DNA of 64,000 bases, from positions 51,026,001-51,090,000 of the forward strand of contig OZ024744.1 of NCBI GenBank assembly GCA_964016885.1, given 5' to 3'. Under the pieces are notes generated by a model. The model was not told where the DNA came from. It saw only the letters and a list, made by a program, of their open reading frames with translations, and did not search any database. Source of the stretch: Eledone cirrhosa. Its lineage: Eukaryota. A program made the position numbers and the translations under genes. Numbering within the stretch: the stretch's first letter is position 1; every line of letters begins with the position of its first letter. Shown here in pieces: positions 58,101 through 64,000 of this stretch.

Positions 58101-58480
58101 TCTTCCTGAGAGCGGTGAGGCTCTCAGGAAGAAAGAGGCCTCGGGCGTGAGGGTCCAGGGTGTCATGGATGAGCCTATATAGGAAGCCGAGAATCATTCG
58201 GTTTCCTATATAGAATATTAGTTTACGACTTCATTTATACCATAAACGTGGTTTTTCTTTGCGTGTATTTGTTCTCATCGATCCACATAACGACGTTTCA
58301 TCTTCGCTTTTTTCTGTTCATTACCAGGGAACGTCTTCATGAACCAAAGTATCGTCTTCCTGTTTTCCTTCGGTTGCAACGTTTTTCGAAATATTTACTT
58401 CTGCGTTCACAGATTGATTTTTTTAGTTTCAGAAGATCCCGTTAAGGGTGAAAGCAGCGATTCTTTGCTGTTATTTTAAT
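55145..58480 (+). mobile_element. Decayed PLE, same family as 33930-37208, with an inverted 3' UTR/pLTR at its 5' side
   Basis: Broken ORFs at 55980-57500 match 35200-36680. Segment 55145-55970 mirrors 57780-58480. A SINE tail is inserted at 55553-55620. Confidence 0.88.
57950..58185 (-). mobile_element. CRE-clade LINE RT fragment inserted in the PLE 3' UTR
   Basis: LTALRKKEGGIRPIAVGNVFRRLAAKV...QLGVGVSGG. Confidence 0.8.
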
Positions 58481-58510
58481 ATATATATATATATAGTTTT
58501 AATATAGATG

Positions 58511-58561
58511 AGATTCTACAGGACTAGAACTGTTTCATTCTTTAGAAATCATCAGGAATCT
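58511..58561 (-). ncRNA. Type I hammerhead, canonical core
   Basis: AGATTC | CTGATGA | TTTC-taaa-GAAT | GAAACAG-ttctagtc-CTGTA^ | GAATCT. Confidence 0.85.
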
Positions 58562-58989
58562 GGGTATCAAAAAATAAGTATGGTATATATAGGTCTCTAC
58601 AAGTGGTAGGAGAGGGTGGGGAGTGGGATGGGTGTAGGTCATTGGTTAATAGGATTCATTAAAAGCTAATTCTACAAAGCTATAGTTTATTTTTATTTTT
58701 AGAGTAACAAAGGCAGAAAGAATTCTATAAACAGGTTCAGGATGGCATGCCAATCCTTATTAAGTTTCTCTTAAGTTAACAAGTGTCTATAAAATCAGTG
58801 GGGGTCAGTCATGGTAGACAGATTTAAAGGAAAGGGAGATTCTTTAAAAGCTAAATTCTTTACTAAGTGACAAAGGTTTAGAGAATTCTGTAGCCAAATT
58901 CAAAATATTGAGTGCATATCTTACAATTGTCCTCAAATTTCTCTTAAACTATTCAACTATATGCCAAAATCAACAGACATATTCACAAA

Positions 58990-59841
<852 letters not shown>

Positions 59842-59869
59842 GTACTTCGTCGGTTACGACGACGAGTGA

Positions 59870-60142
59870 TCCGGTTGATCCGATGAGCGGAACAGCTTGC
59901 TAGTGAAATTAACGTGAAAGCGGTTGAACATTCCACAAATACGCTTACCCTTAACGTAATTCTCAGGGAGATTCACCGTGACACAGAATGTAACAAGGGT
60001 GGCCCTTCGAATTAAGGTACAATTCATTTTTGCCAGCTGAGTTGATAGGAGCAACGTGAAATCAAGTGTCTTGCCCAAGGACACAACACGCCACCGGGAA
60101 CCGAAATCACGACCTTACCATCTTAAGCCGAATACCCTAAGC
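59870..60142 (-). mobile_element. tRNA-derived SINE with CORE-like domain
   Basis: Minus strand: ggtcgtgatttcggttcc followed by GTGTCCTTGGGCAAGACACTT. Confidence 0.7.
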
Positions 60143-61129
60143 CTACAGTGTCCATACAACTCCTCCAGCGGTATTCAGAGACCATGATATAGTATAGCAC
60201 ACTTTCCTTCCTCTCTGCCACCACTCTTGAAGGTCTTGAAATGTGTCAAAGACACTGCCATTCCTCCCCTCTTATTATATAGAAAATAAATAGCCACCTC
60301 ACCTACACGTCCGCTAAAAAATAAAGAAAATAAATGTATGAGGCTCATTTTTTTCTGGTTTCGAAACTGGGACTGGTGGATATTTGGATGCAGCAACACT
60401 CGATCGATATGTAATCAGCATCGATTTACCTGGAAAATATAACAATGAAATAATTCATAAAGATTAAATTTGGTATACCTTTAATTATGGTATAGAGAAT
60501 GACGGCTGGGTTCTGTCAGGTTTTAAAATGTCAGAGACATATCATGTGTCAGTTAGACTGTATCAAGAGTTAAGAGCTCAGGTCTCAACACACCCTATAT
60601 CTTCACACACACACACACAGGCAGACACAGACACAGACACACAGACACACACACATGTGCAAGCACGCGCACACACACACATGCGCACGTACACACACAC
60701 ACGCACAGACACACGCACACACACAAATACACACACCCGCACACACACACCCACATTTATGCACATACACCTACACACACACACATACTCACATATATAT
60801 ATATAATAAAACTCAACAATAATAAAAATCACCAATAAATATTAAAAAAAAATACATTTAAATTAAAAAAAACATTAATTAAAAAGAAATATAATAAACA
60901 TCTAAAAAAATTTATAAAATAAAATAAAAATGAAAGCCGAAAAGCAAACGACTTTATTAGATAAACTAGCAGAAAAACCGCGTGCGAACGGTTTTTCTGC
61001 TAGTATATGTAGTGTACATATTGGTATTATATGCAAATATATATGCATATAGATATATGTAAATTGAAAAGTAAATTGACAATATCATCTTCATCCACTC
61101 TATTTCTGAGAGAGTCGTGGGTGCAGAAT

Positions 61130-61700
61130 CCTTCTCAAACACTCCTTCCAGTGAGTCTGTCAGTAGCAAACATTTCTAACTGATCCAGCTGGATCCCAAA
61201 GAGGGACCAGCCAAGCTCATGGATGTTATCCAACTATCTTGCTCAGGGTCTACCTCTGGGTCTCTTGCCGGTTGGTTTTGCCTGTAAAATGTGTCCAGCG
61301 GTTCTTTACTGAGACATTCTAACCACATCCTCATAATATCGGAGTAGTGATCGCTCAATCCAGAGAAGTAGGGGCTCTACCAGGAGTAACTCTCTGGTCT
61401 CTGAGCTATGCACTTTATCGAGTAATGTTATTCCATTTCTGCCATTTTTATTTGCAATTGTATTCTTTTGGTCATTACTCAAGATTCATGATCCTCGGTA
61501 AGGGTTGGCAGGAATACGAGTTTGGTTTTTACACATACCCCTTCATCTGATTGCTGAATGCTGAGGTGGCGCTTTACTGCATCAGCTTGTGCAATTCTTG
61601 CACTTAATTCAGCCTCCTGCATTCCATCACACATGAACACGGCTCCAAGATACTTGAACTTCTCTAACTGCTTCAGTAGAACTCCATGCACATGTATATA
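61130..61700 (-). mobile_element. Decayed RTE-like LINE C-terminal fragment
   Basis: QLEKFKYLG...EAELSARIAQA and VFLPTLT. Confidence 0.65.
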
Positions 61701-61889
61701 AATGTGAGGGACTTCTGTCCACCCGTCCATCACACAATGTGTATATGTGTTTGTGTGTATGTGTGTGTGTGTGTAAAAGGAAGGAAAGAGATACACACAT
61801 ATATATGTCTAACTTAAAAACAGTGACACACACATGTCTCTAATTTAAGAACGCGGACAAACTCACGCGCGCACATACACGCAGTTCTA

Positions 61890-62610
61890 TTACCACTTAA
61901 GAGCTTTGGGCCGGGCAAAAATCCCCTCAATTTTGGAACCGTCTGGGTTGTCCAGAATTGATGGGAAAAGACTTGACGGTCTCAATCTGTGCTCCTGGTC
62001 AAGAGGCAGGTGTCTTACCTGGAACGTCACAGTTAGTGACTCTTTTGCTTCTTCCCACATTCTGGATGCAGCGGTAAGGGCGAGAGCTACAGCATCCGCA
62101 GCTGAACGGAACAAAATCCTAAAATACTGTGTTCTGTCAGCTAACTACATTATCCAGCCTGTGGCGTTTGAGACGTTTGGGGGAGTCGATCTACTGACAG
62201 CGAAGTTCTTATCTTCACTGGCGGCTCGCCAAACAGGTAACTGGTGATGCTCGTGAAGGCACTTGGTTGTTCCACTACCTCAGCCTCGCCATCACCCTTT
62301 CTAACGCCGCGAGCGTGCTGGCCTGCCTCAAAGATTATTAGAGAGGTATCCCACTGTTCCTCTCTATATTGCTATCTTTTGTTCTGGTAGCGTCTCGTTT
62401 TACCACTCTTTCGCCTGCATACTGTTATGTGTGGTCTAAGATGTGGGTATTACATGCTTGTGCATTTTTTTCTTTCTTTTTTTCCTTTTCCTTTCCTTTG
62501 TATATATTATATTTGTTAGTGTTTTCGTTCTGTAACCATTATATTAAATTTTTATACTAATGAGTTTTAAAAAAAGAGTTAAACTGTGTTGTTAATAAAT
62601 AAATAAAACG
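61890..62610 (+). mobile_element. CRE-clade LINE 3' end (restriction-like endonuclease)
   Basis: EPSGLSRIDGKRLDGL..W..G..LTWNVTV.D, AERNKILKY and PVAFETFGG, followed by a T-rich UTR and aataa tail. Confidence 0.82.
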
Positions 62611-63099
62611 TTATACTTGTTTTACTCTCCCATGTCCAATTCACCAAACGCTATCATGACTATATGTGTGTGTTTGTGTAAATGTATGTTTGTGAATGTG
62701 TGTTTGTGTAGATGTATATGTGTGAAAGTATATGTATTTGTGTGAATGTATGTCCATGAGCGCGTGTATTTTTATAAGTTTGTGTTTGCGTGATTATAGT
62801 TATATACACATAATAGTTATATACTCATACATATAGATGTATGTGCACATATACACACAAACGCGTCAGCGTGTAGAAAATCATAATGATTCTATCTGTA
62901 TCTCTCTCATCACACACTCTCTCTTTCTATATCTATGGTAGTTAAAGTGGTGGTGGTGGCGGCCATATACCGGAAGTGTAGAAATTTGAAACTTTGAAAA
63001 GAAGTTAATTTTAAATAAGCAATAAAATTATATTAAATTTAATAAAAAATTACGAAATTTAGTACATAAATTATGTAATATTCATTCATTATTTATTAA

Positions 63100-63482
63100 T
63101 TGGCAGTATCGGTAGAGGGTTTGACGCCATGCTTTCCAGCATAGTTACGTCCCTTTACGATCTGAGTTCAAATCCAGCCGAGGTTGACTTTGCCTTTCAT
63201 CCTTACGGGGTCGATAAAATAAAGTACCAGTAATGCACTGGGTATTTGCTGGCCTTGTGCCTAAAGTAGAAACAATTATTTATTCAAAGTAATAGGCGGT
63301 GGATTGGCAGTATCGGTAGAGGGTCGGACGCCATGCTTTCCAGCATAGTTACGTCCCTTTATGATCTGAGTTCAAATCCCGCCGAGGTTGACTTTGCCTT
63401 TCATCCTTACGGGGTGGATAAAATAAAGTACCAGTAATGCACTGGGTAATTTGCTGGCCTTGTGCCTAAAGTAGAAACAATT
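63100..63482 (+). mobile_element. Two tandem tRNA-derived SINE copies (OR2-like)
   Basis: A and B boxes in both 63100-63280 and 63295-63482. Confidence 0.85.
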
Positions 63483-63574
63483 ATTTATTCAAAGTAATCC
63501 AATTTATTTTACTAATGGGATAAAAAGAAATAAACCGTACACAGTCCCGCACTCCTTATTTTATTATAGTTTAG

Positions 63575-64000
63575 ATGGTGGTGGTAGTGGTGGTGGTTGA
63601 GGTGGTGGTGGTGGTAGTTGAGGTGGTGGTGGTTGAAGTGTTGGTGGGGGTGGTGGTGGTATTGGTGGTGGTTGTGGTGGTTGAGATGGTGGTGGTGGTA
63701 GTGGAGGTGGGGGTGGTGGTGGTTGAGGTGGTGGTGGTCGTTGTGGTAGTGGTGATTGTGGTGATGGATGGTTGTGGTAGTAGCCGTAGTGGTGGTGCTG
63801 GTAGTGGTTGTAGTGGTGGTGGTGGTGGTTGAGGTGGTGGTAGCTGTGGTGGTTGAGGTGGTGGTGGTGGTTGAGGTGGTGGTGGTAGTAGTGGTGGTGG
63901 GGATTGTGGTGGTTTGGGTGGTAGTGGTAGTTGAGGAGGTGGTGGTAGTGGTGGTGGTAGTGTTGGTGGTGGTGTTGGTGGTGTTGGTGGTGTTGGTGTT
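63575..64000. repeat. Degenerate (GGT)n microsatellite
   Basis: Direct read. Confidence 0.95.

Noticed and set aside
62956-62978. Host promoter (CCGGAAGTG ETS motif)
   Set aside because: Isolated motif with no associated gene or CpG-rich context.
63575-63832. Val/Gly-rich ORF or telomeric repeat
   Set aside because: Degenerate (GGT)n, not TTAGGG.

Overview
Eukaryotic, gene-free, repeat-saturated DNA, most likely octopus/cephalopod, inferred from the SINE types and the very dense (TA)n/(CA)n tracts. No host gene is supported. The window holds six or more Penelope-like retroelement (PLE; RT plus C-terminal GIY-YIG) copies from about three lineages. It also holds decayed Tx1/L1-like, RTE, R4/Dong and CRE LINE pieces, tRNA-derived SINEs and two Helitron-like non-autonomous elements. 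The main signal, found by reading the sequence by eye, is about 30 type I hammerhead ribozyme (HHR) motifs from about 14 sequence families. Many lie in near-identical non-coding tandem arrays (monomers of about 470, 466, 591 and 498 bp). These arrays share a divergent inverted layout and sit in (TA)n, consistent with retrozyme-like parasites of PLE machinery. The 591-bp family has a compensatory U3-A8 core (UUGAUAA), and two other families have a CAGAAGA (U4A) core. All ribozyme calls are from manual base-pairing; no folding, database search or activity test was run.
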